64,000 nucleotides of DNA from Eledone cirrhosa (GCA_964016885.1 OZ024756.1:39742001-39806000), one strand, 5' to 3'. Positions 27,213 to 40,780 are shown, counted from the stretch's first letter. The notes: generated by a model from the letters alone, not told the origin. Program-made: numbers and translations.

Positions 27213-27856
27213 TTATCAAAATGAGTAACTCCCAAACATGCTCAGGGTATTGATATGTGCTTAATGTAATCATCTGCTTAATGTAATCATCTGGTTAAGT
27301 AAAACAGTTCTGTCCCAAAATGACCACAATATGCGACTGTTGACAATCAATGTACAATCTTGTATATTTGCTGTGTGAGACTGCCATGACTATATTGGCA
27401 AGTACATCGAAGGTACTGGTTGTTAATGAGGTCATAATAAGACTGAAAAATGTTGAGAGTTGTCTCTCATACTTTCAGGTAAAACAAAAAATATTTGTCA
27501 ATGACTAATTTTGTCATTTCTTTTCTTGCAGAATTATTATTTTTACTTATTTGTTTTTTTTAATCCCCTTTCTTTACATATATTAAACGTAACTTAATAT
27601 TTTAGGGGTCAATTCAGTCACTAAAGAATCTTGATAGAAATGAATCTGTGTGCCTAAGCTAGAAATAGTATTTGTTGTTGTTGCTATTGTTATACAAGCC
27701 ACAATATCACATATTTTTACTATATAATCCAAGCTCAGATACACATATCTCTGGCTATGTAATGTAGGTCATAAATTGCTATTTGCTTTGATTTGTGTAA
27801 GTATCCAATCAGCTATAAAAAATTCAAGTGAACCAACAATAAAGCCAAAACATTAT

Positions 27857-28457
27857 CTGTTACCAACCCAGCCAAAACCAGTTCTGGTTCTATGAAATAA
27901 AACTACCTATTCTAACCCTTCTGTTACCAACCCAGCCAAAACCAGTTCTGGTTCTATGAAATAAAACTACCTATTTTATCCCTTCTGTTACCAACCCAGC
28001 CAAAACCAGTTCTGGTTCTATGAAATAAAACTACCTATTTTATCCCTTCTGTTACCAACCCAGCCAAAACCAGTTCTGGTTCTATGAAATAAAACTACCT
28101 ATTTTATCCCTTCTGTTACCAACCCAGCCAAAACCAGTTCTGGTTCTATGAAATAAAACTACCTATTTTATCCCTTCTGTTACCAACCCAGCCAAAACCA
28201 GTTCTGGTTCTATGAAATAAAACTACCTATTTTATCCCTTCTGTTACCAACCCAGCCAAAACCAGTTCTGGTTCTATGAAATAAAACTACCTATTTTATC
28301 CCTTCTGTTACCAACCCAGCCAAAACCAGTTCTGGTTCTATGAAATAAAACTACCTATTTTATCCCTTCTGTTACCAACCCAGCCAAAACCAGTTCTGGT
28401 TCTATGAAATAAAACCACCTATTTTAACCCTTTAGTTACCAACCCAGCTAAAACCAT
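27857..28457. repeat. 64-bp tandem repeat, ~9 copies
   Basis: Unit CTGTTACCAACCCAGCCAAAACCAGTTCTGGTTCTATGAAATAAAACTACCTATTTTATCCCTT. Confidence 0.96.
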
Positions 28458-28484
28458 ATCTATGTTTGTATGTATGTAATATTA

Positions 28485-28740
28485 GTAGACCTCATGTAGA
28501 TTATGATCTGAAAAGGTGTAAGGAATGTGCTAACATGGGAGGTCTTAAAAGACACATGAGAACACACAGCCAGAACAAAGCAATGGAAAGTCCCAGAGGA
28601 GCCTACAGTTGCCATTTATGTGCCAAAGGGTGCAAGTCTTTGGCTGGTTTAAAGAGCCACATTCATGCCTCATATTTTTGAGCATTTTATCAGGCGATGG
28701 CAATGCTCGAACATGAGTTTGCAGCCATCATGAGTGTATG
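28485..28740 (+). mobile_element. RTE (BovB-like) 3' end with C2H2 fingers
   Basis: CKECANMGGLKRHMRTH...CHLCAKGCKSLAGLKSHI, then a 3' hairpin and (TATG)n tail like 8780-8912. Confidence 0.7.
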
Positions 28741-28840
28741 TATGTATGTATGTATGTATGAATGTGTATATGTGTGTATATATGTATGTATGTACCTATA
28801 TATATATGTACCTATATATGTAATTATGTGTGTATGTATG

Positions 28841-29457
28841 TTCTTCTGGTTTTATAATTTCACAAAGTTTTACCAATAGAGAGAGAATCGGTTTCTAACA
28901 TAGACACAAGACTCTCTCAGAATTTACACAACATCAACTAGGTAGATATGTATGTATGCATTTGTAGATATGGATGTTATTGTATGTGTGGATGTGGATG
29001 TTTTGAGTTGTATGTGTGCATGTGTATATGCTTTGTATCTGTACATGTGTATATGCAGTTATTAGATGCAAAATTTTTGGAATGTTTTACATATTTTTAC
29101 TGTTCCATTAATGGATTGTACTTGTAGTTTCCTAACTAGTTGTGTTCTTTCTGTTCCTGTGAAGCCCAGCTTCTCAAGATTTGTATTGAGGCAGTTACTA
29201 ACATACCCCAGTGCCCCAATAATCACAGGCATAAATCTGAAGGTGTAATCAGGGTGGAGTATCTGCAAATTTCTCATCAGTTCTGCATAAATATTCTCCT
29301 TTTCACTAATCTTTGATATTATATTGGCATCTGCTGGGCAGCTAATTTCCACTACTGCGCATGTTTTCTTCTCCCTGTCCCATGTCATAATATCTGGTCT
29401 GTTATGCCTGCATTTTATTTGGGTTTTTACTGGAACATTCCACCAGTACTCTTTCAT
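28841..29457 (-). mobile_element. RLE-type LINE 3' fragment with 3' UTR (R4/Dong-like)
   Basis: YWWNVP...HNRPDIMTWD...VVEISCP...K..EKENIY endonuclease domain. Homologous to 3656-4280. Confidence 0.9.
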
Positions 29458-29739
29458 GTATGTATGTGTGTATATATGTATGTACCTATATATATATGTA
29501 CCTATATATGTATGTGTGTATGTATGTATGTTTGCCTGAGAATCTTGGCATGCAGATCAATTTAACTTGTAAAGAATGTGTCCGGTTATGACTAAGAAAG
29601 CAGGCGATGAAACTCATCAAGGAAGTCATATGCACAAGCAGTCAACTATACAGTGTATGGCATTTGTGTTTGCAAGGAGTCTGTAAAGGAATGTGACCCA
29701 GTTAGTGGACTGAGACGTTAATTAAAAGTCCACCAAAGC

Positions 29740-29905
29740 AGGACTGTAATGCCTACTATGAGAGGTCCCCACTGTTGCTATATCTGTGTAAAGGTGTGTG
29801 GGTCCCTAGCAGTACTAAAAAGCCATGTCCCTGTTTGCTCATGCTTAAGAGGAGTGTCAAGCAATGGCATTGCTCGATACTGAGTTGAGCCATCATCCTC
29901 ATCAT
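29740..29905 (+). mobile_element. Decayed RTE 3' end
   Basis: CYICVKVCGSLAVLKSH, then the CTCGATACTGAG hairpin and a (TATG)n tail. Confidence 0.55.
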
Positions 29906-30189
29906 GTATGTATATATGCATGTATATATGCATGTATGTATGTATATATGCATGTATATATGCATGTATGTATGTATATATATGCATGTATATATGTATC
30001 TATCTATCTATCTGTCTATCTATCTGTCTGTCTATGGCTCGAGTGATTGGGCCTTCTTTGTATATAAACCTGTAGGTTGAAGAAGAGAGCAAAAGGAAGG
30101 AAGGACCACTGGCACAACATGCTCCTGGAGTTGAGGGTTGTTCTGTCTACGGGGTATTAAACAACCCATTTGTAACGCCTCCCCCCTAT

Positions 30190-30320
30190 TGGCGATTTCG
30201 ATTGTTATATTTTCATGTTAAAACTTTTTTACATGGCTGTATGTAAAATCCCTGCCTTATGTCTTTGTATTGTCCCCTTTTCTTGTGCGCCTTTGTGGCA
30301 AATAAAGAAATATATCTATC
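30190..30320 (+). mobile_element. Unclassified retroposon 3' end with AATAAA and (TATC)n
   Basis: Homologues at 34450-34580 (+) and 14255-14385 (-). Confidence 0.6.
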
Positions 30321-31032
30321 TATCTGTCTATCTATCCACATATCTGTCTATCTATCTATCTATCCACCTATCCATCCATCCATCCACTCTGGATCTGTCA
30401 AAAAGTACTCAGGTAAATGACCTGACAGGTAAAAATGTACCTGAGGGACGGTGAGAGGAGTGAGAGAAAACGAAAGTAAATGAAGGGGAGGAAACAGATT
30501 GAGGGGTAAAATACAAACAGCAGGGGAAGGGGGGAGGAGAAGGAAGAGGAGGAGGAGGAGGAGGAGGAGGGGGAAATGGAAAGGGAGATAACTTTAAATT
30601 GTGGTGGACACAAACCTGTAGCATGTGTAGTAGTATGGTGTTGTGAGGGGGACATGAATGGCAGTTTAAGTGAGAACAAGTCTACTTTAAACATATATAC
30701 ACACGCTCACAGGAACACACATGCACACACACACACAAACATACTCATCTATACACATACACACATGTATATATATACATACATATATATATATTTAAAC
30801 ACACATACACACATGCACACATATATAAATGCACACATGTACACACACACACACATGTACATACACACATATATATATATATACACACATGTACATACAC
30901 CATGCTATAATCTCCCACCACGGCCATCACCACCAAATCAACTCATCATCCTGAACAGACATGATGGTCACAACTGGAATGTCTCTGGTCATATGGTGGC
31001 TCCATTGTACAGTGACCTCTGGAAATAGTGTG

Positions 31033-32674
31033 ACCACCACCACCACCACCACCACCATCACTACCACCACCATCACTACCACCACCATCACTACCACCAC
31101 CACCACCACCACCTCTACCATCACCACCATCACCACCACCACCATCTCTACCACCACCATCATCACCACCACCACCTCTACCATCACCACCACCACCACC
31201 ATCACTACCACCACCATCACTACCACCACCACCATCTCTACCACCACCACCATCACTACCACCACCATCACTACCACCACCACCATCTCTACCACCACCA
31301 CCATCACCACCACCACCACCATCACTACCACCACCATCACTACCACCACCACCACTACCACCACCATCACTACCACCACCACCATCTCTACCACCACCAC
31401 CATCACTACCACCACCACCATCACTACTACCACCACCACCACCACCACCATCACTACCACCACCACCATCTCTACCACCACCACCACCACCACCACCATC
31501 ACTACCACCACCATCACTACCACCACCACCATCTCTACCACCACCACCATTTCTACCACCACCACCATCACTACCACCACCATCACTACCACCGCCACCA
31601 TCACTACCACCACCACCATCACTACCACCACCACCACCTCTACCATCACCACCACCACCACCACCACCTCTACCATCACCACCACCACCTCTACCATCAC
31701 CACCACCACCTCAACCATCACCACCACCAACTCTACCATCACCACCACTACCACCAGGGTACCCAAAGCATCACAGAAGACCATCACAAGTGGATCACAA
31801 CAACAGAATCAGCAGCAATAACAACAACAACAACAGCAATATCATCATCAGCAACAGCAGTAATATCAGCAATAACAGCAGCAATATCAGCAATATCAGC
31901 AATAACAGCAGCAACAGCAGCAATAACAGCAGCAATATCAGCAATAACAGCAGCAACAGCAGCAGTAACAGTAGCAACAACAGCAGCAACAACAGCAATA
32001 TCAGCAACAGCAGCAGTAACAGCAGCAACAACATCAACAGCAGCAATATCAGCAGCAACAACAGCATTATCAGCAACAGCAGCAATATCAGCAACAGCAG
32101 CAGCAACAACAGCAGCAACAGGAGGTGGAGGAATTATAGGAGGAGGAGGCGGAGGAGAGGAATGAGTAGGAGTAGGAGAAGAGAGAATGAAGAGAGGGGG
32201 GAAAGTAGGGACCGGTTGAGTTGAGTATGAAAGAGTGTAATAGGGAGGGGGAGGAGAAGACAGAAGAAAAGACACGACGTGAGGGTAGGAGTGGGAGGAC
32301 AACGAAAGAAAGAAGAAGGAGGAGGTAAAGGGAAAGACTAATATAGAAAGAGGAGGAGGTGAATGAATGATAAGAATGGTATGGCGGTATGTTGGTGGTG
32401 ACAGTAGTAGTAGTAGTAGTAGTAGTAGTCACAGTGTAGTAGTAGTAGTCACATTGTAGTGGTAGTAATAGTAGTTGTAGTAGTAGTAATAGTCACAGTG
32501 TAGTGGTAGTAGTAGTCACAGTGTAGTGGTAGAAGTAGTAGTTGTAGTAGTAGTAATCACAGTGTAGTGGTAGTAGTAGTCACAGTGTAGTGGTAGTAGT
32601 CACAGTGTAGTGGTAGTAGTAGTAGTAGTCACAGTGTAGTGGTAGTTGTAGTAGTAGTAGTAGTAGTAGTTGTT

Positions 32675-32709
<35 letters not shown>

Positions 32710-33030
32710 TGCAGGGTTGATAAAAAAAACTAAAACTAAAATAATGATAATGAAAAATAAATAATTAAGATTTCTATAATTTTTTAAAATTTTCTTTGAT
32801 TTTTACTTCAGCCATTTCTTTTGTTTCAATAATGATAATATTAAAATAATAATGGTAATTCTTGTGGCGGTGTAGGTTTGGGGAGAAGTAAATATTGTAG
32901 TAGCAGTGAAAGGAAGGTGGCGGCGGGGGTGATGATGGCGGTGGTGGTGATGGCGGTGATGGTGGGGGACGACATTCGTTGCCGGTAGAGGAAGAGGAGA
33001 CGATATAAGACTAGAGAGCTTGAGACAGTT

Positions 33031-33063
<33 letters not shown>

Positions 33064-33800
33064 AAGAAAGACAGAGAGAGAGAGAGTGAGGAGCAAAGAA
33101 AGATAGAGAGAGGCAAAGAAAGACCGAAAGAGAGAGGGAAATAAAGACTGAGAGAGGGGGAAAGAAAAACAGAGAGAAGAAAGATAGAGAGAGAGGCAAA
33201 GAAAGGTAGAGAGAAAGGGAAAATAAGATAGAGAGAGAGTGGCAAAGAAAGACAGAGAGAGGCAAAGAAAGAGAGAGTGGCAAAGAAATATCCAGCCACC
33301 ATCACCACCATTAATATACCGCCATCACCACCATCACCACCATTATTATACCACCACCACCGCCACCATTATTATACCACCACCATTATTATACGACCAT
33401 CACCACCATCACCACCACCACCACCACTATTATACGACCATCACCACCATCACCACCACCACCACCATTATTATACGACCATCACCACCATCACCACCAC
33501 CACCATTATTATACGACCATCACCATCACCACCACCACCACAATTATTATACGACCATCACCACCATCACCACCATTATTATACCACCACCACCACTACC
33601 ACCATTATTATACAACCATCACCGCCATCACCACCATTATTATACCACCACCACCACCATTATTATACGACGACGACGACGACCACCACCACCACCACCA
33701 TTATTATTACCTCCATCAACAACAGCAGCAGTAGTAATAGTAACAACAACAACAATAAGAGCAGCAGCAACAGTAGTAGTAGTAGTTGTTGTTGTAGTGC
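31033..33800. repeat. Trinucleotide/low-complexity complex: (ACC/ATC)n, (CAG/CAA)n, (GTA)n, (GA)n, (CCA/TTA)n
   Basis: Successive cryptic triplet arrays. Confidence 0.93.
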
Positions 33801-33833
33801 TGTGGCTCTCACCGCTGTCTACTGACAGTAAGC

Positions 33834-33926
33834 ATGGAATCTTGTGCACAGTGCTTGAAGAATGAATTCAAACCAGAAAATGCTGGACTTAATCACGAAG
33901 ACCCATCGGTGTTTGTGAAATCACAG
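33834..33926 (+). CDS. Probable first coding exon of a rolling stone-like membrane protein
   Basis: AGCATGG Kozak context, MESCAQCLKNEFKPENAGLNHEDPSVFVKSQ, then a perfect CAG|GTAAGT donor. Resembles the rost N-terminal E(F/L)...G....F..SQW pattern (recalled). No downstream exon found in the window. Confidence 0.55.
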
Positions 33927-34835
33927 GTAAGTAAGTTCCTTTTTAATGGTTCCACTTTCAGTCCCTCAATTCGTGTCTAAAAACCATGCGCGGCAACATT
34001 TTTGCAAATAAATATACATAGATTTTCTTTTAAATCTGTTAGTCTCTATCATTATATACACACACATCCTGTTGCACATGACTAGTTTAAACATACTACA
34101 TTACTTTTGCATTCTCTCTTTCTCCCATTCTTTATTTCTCTATCTAGATATCTATATCTATATCTATATATCCATCTGTCAACATATCGATCTGATTATC
34201 CATCTATATATCAATGATTATCCGTCTATATGTCTAACTATCAATCTGTTTACCATATCACATACTTTCTCTTTATTTCTCTAACTAGGTATCTATATCT
34301 ATATATCCATCTGTCAACAAATCGATCTGATTATCTATCTATCTATCTATCTACATATCAATCATTATCCGACTATATGTCTAACTATCAACCTGTATAC
34401 CATTAGCTTTCTGACTATTTCTCTACATACACACTATCTATCTTTCTATTGGGGATTTCGATTGTTGTAATTGTTTGTTTTTATATTTTTTACACGACTG
34501 TATGTAAAATCCCCGGCATGTCTTTGTATTGTCCCCTTTTCTTGTGTGCCCTTGTGGCAAATAAAGAAATATATCTATCTTTCTATTGACATACACGACC
34601 GCCTGTTTAATCTGTCAACCTTTCCTTCTTTTGTACACACACACAGTTGAATAAGTTTAGTTACACAATTACACACATATACACATACACACAACTTTCT
34701 TCACTTCAGCTGTTTATATATATATATGTGTGTGTGTGTGTATGTATATATGTGCTATAATAATATACACCCCGTAAAGTGGTAGTGTTAGTTCCATAAA
34801 ATACACCCAGTGCACTCTGTAAATGTTTGTGTGTG

Positions 34836-34896
<61 letters not shown>

Positions 34897-35107
34897 GTGT
34901 GTATATGTATATATGTGTGTATATGTATATATATTTGTATATATGTGTGTGTGTGTATGTGCGTTGTACTACACACTACATACGAACCTGTTCCAATATA
35001 TTGAGAATATACATACATGTCTTTTAACACCCACTCATCCTCAACAACAAGCGAACCATCAACATAAACACCATCGCATCCACTGTTCTCTTCCAGTCTT
35101 GGATACA

Positions 35108-35185
<78 letters not shown>

Positions 35186-35742
35186 CATCACCATCACCAT
35201 CACCATCATCATCATCTACATTGTCGTTCGTTTCGATAGATTTTTATGTCACATCTGGACCATCTGTTAGAATCATGATACCTTCCCGTTCCACACACAC
35301 ACACACATATATATACACATATATATATATATATATACATATGGCAGCTATAAGAATAATGGTAATAACAACAACAACGACAATGATAAATTTATAATAA
35401 TAATATTAGTAATGATAATGATAATGGTAAATCTCTATCGTCTGCATTGTCATTCATTTCGGTAGATTTTTTTAATGTCACATCTGGACCATCTGTTAGA
35501 AGCAGGATTCCTGTCTCTGCATATACAACTTGCTCTACGTTATCTATGTGTGTGTATATGTATATATATGTATGTATATATGTGTGCATATATATGTATG
35601 TATATATGTGTGCATATATATGTATGTATATATATATATATGTGTGTGTGTATGTAACCAAGAAGGGATTTCTCAGTAGTATAAGTAGATTAATTTATTG
35701 AACACTAACTTCACAATTCTTTGCCCTATGATGATGATGATG

Positions 35743-35790
<48 letters not shown>

Positions 35791-36129
35791 ATGGATGGAT
35801 TATGTTTGAGACTGGTTAGACCATTACTCACCAGAGTACTCAATACTTGGGGTAATAGAGTATGGTTATATTACAGAGTCGGGACCCCGACGGCTGAGCT
35901 ATTGCCGTTTTAACAGTTCCATTATATATGTGTATGTATATATATATATATATATATAATTTAGTTACTTGCCTCAAGACTATCTCCACTGTAAGATGAC
36001 CCCCACTCCTCAGGTAAGCTACATGTAACGTGCCCTGTCTACACTATTCTCATCACTGCTTTCCTTGCCTAATTGAGGACATAACCAGTGTTGTTATGGG
36101 GTTGTGCAGGGGCTACAATGAAACACACC

Positions 36130-36345
36130 CAGGCTCCCTGTAAGGTGGTAGTGCTGGTGCCACAGTAAAATGCACCCAGCCCACTCTGTAAAGTGGTAGT
36201 GCTGGTGCCACAATAAAATGCACCCAGCCCACTCTGTAAAATGGTAGTGCTGGTGCCACAGTAAAATGCACCCAGCCCACACTGTAAAGTGGTAGTGCTG
36301 GTGCCACAATAAAATGTGGTCCCAGTACATGCTGTAAAGTGGTTG
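36130..36345. repeat. 48-bp tandem repeat derived from a SINE family 2 segment
   Basis: GTAAAGTGGTAGTGCTGGTGCCACAATAAAATGCACCCAGCCCACTCT x~4, continuing into the SINE tail. Confidence 0.8.
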
Positions 36346-36954
36346 GCATTATGAAAACTATCTAGCTATAGAAATCAAACTATAAAATGGAACGTATGGA
36401 CAAGATGTCATCTGACTGGTCCAGCCTGAGAATGTGACAACTCTTCTAGCTTAAACATGGAAAATAAACATTAAACGGTGATGGTGATCATCATCATGGT
36501 ATATATATATAAATGTGGCTGGCATTAGGAAGGGCATCCAGCCAGAAACACCCCTAATTGAGCGAGACACGGTCACCTGACACAACTTGCCTTAAAATAA
36601 AACCCGTCTAACCCATGCTAGCGTGGAAGATGGATGTTAATCGATGATGATGATGATGATGATATATATACATATATTTATATCAGTCTTCGACTTTTCT
36701 GTATTTATCACACTTTATTAATTGTTATGTTTTACTCTGGACGATAATGTTTAGCTTCTCATTCCATTGAGTGCTTTGTGATTGCCTCAAACAACTCGAT
36801 TAGTACCTGCTGTATGGCAGCTACAACTTCGATCCATACCCTATCATCATCATCATCATCATCATCATCATTTTACGTCCGCTTTTCCCTGCTTGCAAGG
36901 GTGGGACGGGTCTTATTTAGCACAGCATATATATTTATATATATATATATATAT

Positions 36955-36988
<34 letters not shown>

Positions 36989-36993
<5 letters not shown>

Positions 36994-37181
36994 AAAGAGT
37001 CAGGACTCTGATGACTGAACTCCAGCCGTTTCGACAGCTAGATCTGAAGAGTTCGGATCTAGCTGTCGAAATGGCTGGAGCTCAGCTGTCGGGGTCCTGA
37101 CTCTTTTCCTATTACCCACTCTACTACCCTAAGTATTGAGTACTCTGGTGCGTTATGGTCCACCTGGTATCTTACCACACC

Positions 37182-37187
<6 letters not shown>
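36989..37187 (+). mobile_element. (TA)n-embedded foldback element, family A
   Basis: ~60-bp arms 36989-37048/37052-37111. Tail nearly identical to 3339-3390. Confidence 0.8.
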
Positions 37188-37229
<42 letters not shown>

Positions 37230-37729
37230 TTTGTGTGTGTAGATGAAAGTGAGAAATTGCTTCCAAAGTTATGAAGTCCCAGGGGAGGGGATATTCTGTC
37301 TGATTTGAGACATGAGACACATTAGGGATATATGAGGGTAATAGTAAGAGATAACAGGGTCTGGGTAGCTTGGTAGAGTTTGGTGAGGGGAACAAAGGTG
37401 TGGTATTAGTGTGATATATGAAGCAGGGAAAGAAAAGTGCAACTTTGTGGTAGTTGTTGTAGCATTGTCAGGGGTTATAAAGGACTGTTGTGTCAGTACA
37501 ATGGTTTAAGGACAGTACAGCCTTGGAGGGGACCCAGCAATATGTGTTACCCCACTTGAAAAGAACCTCTCAACCCTCTTCTTTCCTAGGACCTGAAAGT
37601 AGTTTTATTCTACCTTTATGTTAGTGTATGAATCTTTACTCATCACCCGAATGGACTATTTTTTTAATGTGGTGTACAATGTTTGTGGGTGTAGCAACAG
37701 CACTCCAATGGGTGGATCTTAAAGGAGTT

Positions 37730-37990
37730 TTGTATAAGGTCAGCAACTGTTTCTGTATGTAACAGCATTACCTCAATTGGTGACTTTGTATAAGGTCACC
37801 AACAATTTGTAGGTGTAGCAGCATTACCTCAATTGGTGACTTTTGTATAAGGTCACCAACAATTTGTAGGTGTAGCAGCATTACCTCAATTGGTGACTTT
37901 GTATAAGGTCACCAACAATTTGTAGGTGTAGCAGCATTACCTCAATTGGTGACTTTTGTATAAGGTCACCAACAGTTTCTGGGTGTAGCA
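37730..37990. repeat. ~56-57 bp tandem repeat
   Basis: GTATAAGGTCACCAACAATTTGTAGGTGTAGCAGCATTACCTCAATTGGTGACTTT x~4.5. Confidence 0.88.
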
Positions 37991-38038
37991 GCAGCAATAC
38001 CTCGATATCGAGTTGAGCCATCATCTTCATCATGTTTG

Positions 38039-38093
<55 letters not shown>

Positions 38094-38119
38094 ACATGTA
38101 TGTATGTTTGTATGTTTGA

Positions 38120-38348
38120 AAGACTCGCTGGACAGATTTTACAGGCAAAACCAACTGGCAGGAGACCCAGAGGTAGATCTTGAACAAGGTGGTTTGATAA
38201 CATCCATTAGCTCAGCTGGTCTCACTTGAAGATCCAGCCAGATCAATTGAAGACGGTTGCCTCTAACAGGGCCTGCTGGAAGCCTTGCTTGAGGACTCTA
38301 CTCCACAACTTGTTCCTCCCACAGGAATATGTGGATAAAGAAGAAGAA
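38120..38348 (+). mobile_element. RTE LINE (Rex3/Expander-like) 3' fragment
   Basis: Homologous to 12860-13080, with a GAA tail. Confidence 0.78.
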
Positions 38349-38389
38349 ATTACATATCATACATAGCCCTCCCCCTATATACATATGTG

Positions 38390-38560
38390 CAATTCCAACC
38401 CACCTGTCCCCTCAATCTATCTTATTTCTCATTCTTTCTTCTGATGAAGGACTAGCGTCCAAAACGTTAAGACCCTATTCCTGCTATTTCAAGCGTTAAC
38501 CTAATATATCCCTGCCATATACTGTACCGATTGTGTTGTTATTTCTGTTTACCTTTTACA

Positions 38561-38562
<2 letters not shown>
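38390..38562 (+). mobile_element. Penelope-like terminal repeat with minimal hammerhead (core G12>A)
   Basis: TCTT CTGATGA A GGAC TAGC GTCC AAAA CGTT AAGA, ending in (TA)n. Twin at 40781-40945. Confidence 0.7.
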
Positions 38563-38599
<37 letters not shown>

Positions 38600-38861
38600 A
38601 GTCAGCCATTAAATGAGGATGGTGACAACATAAAAAAGCTCCCAGTACACACTATAAAATGGTGGGTGTTACGAAATGCACCCAGCTATAGAAAAGCAAT
38701 TAAAACTGGTCACTTAACTTAGTTAGCCAAATAATGTGACAACCTGTCTAACCCATGCAAGCATGGAAAATAGACACAATGATGATGTTGATGATGATGA
38801 TATATAGTTCAAGATAAGCGAGCATGTTGGAAAAGGAAAATGTCAGTATATATGTGTGTAT

Positions 38862-39628
38862 ATCATCATCATCATTTTACGTCCGCTCTTCCCTGCTCGC
38901 AAGGGTGGGACGGGTCTTATTCAGCACAGCATCTCTCCACTCGTCACGGTCCTTCGTCATCTCCCGATCTGAGGTCTGTTCTCACCACCTCCGCCCATGT
39001 TTTTCGTGGTCTACCTCTACCACGTCTTCCTTCAACTGGCATTTCCTGGCACTTCTTCACCCATCAGTCATCGTCCATGCGCATCACATGTCCATACTAC
39101 CTCAGTCTCCTCTCCCGTACACTACATTCTATCCCTCTCAGACACAGTTTCTCTCTCAACACATTCATGCTGGGTCGTTCACGCACATTTACACTGCACA
39201 TCCAGCGGAGCATGCTTGCCTCATTTCTCTCCAGCCGTCGCATATCCTCTGCAGTTGCTGCCCATGTCTCACTACCATGCAGCATCGCGCTCCTCACACA
39301 GGCATCATACAACCGGCATTTCATACGCAGGGAGAAATCCTTCTTCGTCAGCAGAGGAAGCAGCTCCCTAAACTTCTTCCAACCCGTCCTTATTCTAGAT
39401 ACTATGGCCTCGGAACACCCTCCTCCCATACTAATCTGATCTCCTAGGTACCGGAAGCTATCCACCACTTCTATAGCACCCTCCTGCATTTGAAAAATGT
39501 GTCTATCAATGCGACTTCTACTGTCTAATTTCCCTGTACATCTACTGCATACATATTTCTCCCTACCTGTTAGTTTGCCTGCTATCCCGCTACATCTCTT
39601 GTGTACCCAGGATCTGCATTCTGTGCAT

Positions 39629-39630
<2 letters not shown>
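38862..39630 (-). mobile_element. RTE-clade LINE 3' fragment
   Basis: IEVVDSFRYLGD...LYDACVRSAMLHGSETW...RRLR*YGHVMRM...GRGRPRKTW, with a (TGA)n tail. Confidence 0.92.
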
Positions 39631-39661
<31 letters not shown>

Positions 39662-40780
39662 CATTATCATCACCGTTTTACGTCCGTTCTTCCACGCTAG
39701 CATGGGTGGGCAATGTCCAGTCGGCTGACCTTGTCTTGCTCATACAGGAACTGATTCTGGCTTGATTTCTACATCTGGATGCTCTTCCTAACACCAACCT
39801 CATTTACAGTGAGTGCTGGGTGAATCAGGTGAAACTCCAGAGTAACAAGACTCACGTTTTAAGTCTTAATAATAACGAATATTTATAGACACACACATTT
39901 ATTTATATAGTGGTAAGAAACTGAAAGGAGAGCTGGACTGCAGAAGGTCTTCAGAGAAGAAACACCCCTCAAGCGAGATATTTTGCTGGTACAAATGCAA
40001 ATAAAGTTCTCTACTTATGTACACCACACATAACAACACTCCCAACACACATGTCCATATATAGAATATCTGTATTCTAGGTGTGTCTTTAAATCACCCC
40101 GCTCCTCACACACCCATCTGTCTATTTACCTAGTTATTTCTTATATCTATTTATTTACCCAGCACCTCTCATATTTCCCAGTCTATTTAACATTTTCTGT
40201 CCCACCATCCCACTCATTATTCCCAGCCTTGATAAAATCCTGTCCCACCACCCTCATGTCTCTCTGTCTATATAAAATCTACTGTAAGCCCATCCCTCAT
40301 GTCTCCAGCTTGATATAATCCTGTCCCACCACCCTCATGTTTCCCTTTCTATATAAAATATTTTCTCTATATATAAACATAGCTTACTGTCATTCAGATT
40401 TCACAATTATTTTCTAAAACAATGTTGAAGTTTGATTTATAATGTTCAGTATATTTTGACTCAGTGGCTATGATAATAGTAGTGTACTTATATAATCTTT
40501 ACAACTCTAGAAAACACCAATATTAAAATATCTCAACTGTGTCTATTCATTCAATCAGATTTGTCTACTAATAGTTTTTTCTACTCTTTCTTGTCTAACT
40601 ATTACAGCTCACACATTTCAAGATTAGATGCCTTTTTATAAGATTACATTTCATAGGAAATTTCTTGGGTGTTTGATGATAGGAATCTAAGACCAATCAT
40701 ATGATTATGGTAATATATATATATATATATGATGTCAACATGAATGGACCTGTTATTTTTATCTAAAGACATTTTTTTCC

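Noticed and set aside
28466-28681. C2H2 zinc-finger ORF as a host gene
   Set aside because: Followed by a LINE-type 3' hairpin and (TATG)n tail, and matched by similar ends at 8780 and 29760. It is an RTE C-terminus.
30927-32302. Long Thr-, Val-, Ser/Asn- and Ala-rich ORFs resembling mucin or antifreeze proteins
   Set aside because: They are translations of triplet microsatellites open in several frames, with no splice or signal context.
33834-33926. Possible calbindin exon (vertebrate DECR1 neighbour)
   Set aside because: No EF-hand or calbindin-like sequence. The peptide fits a rolling stone-like N-terminus better.
37044-37050. CTGAAGA upstream of GAAA, suggesting a complete hammerhead
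   Set aside because: It arises at the foldback centre from a GATCCGAA>GATCTGAA change. No stem I or stem II pairing.
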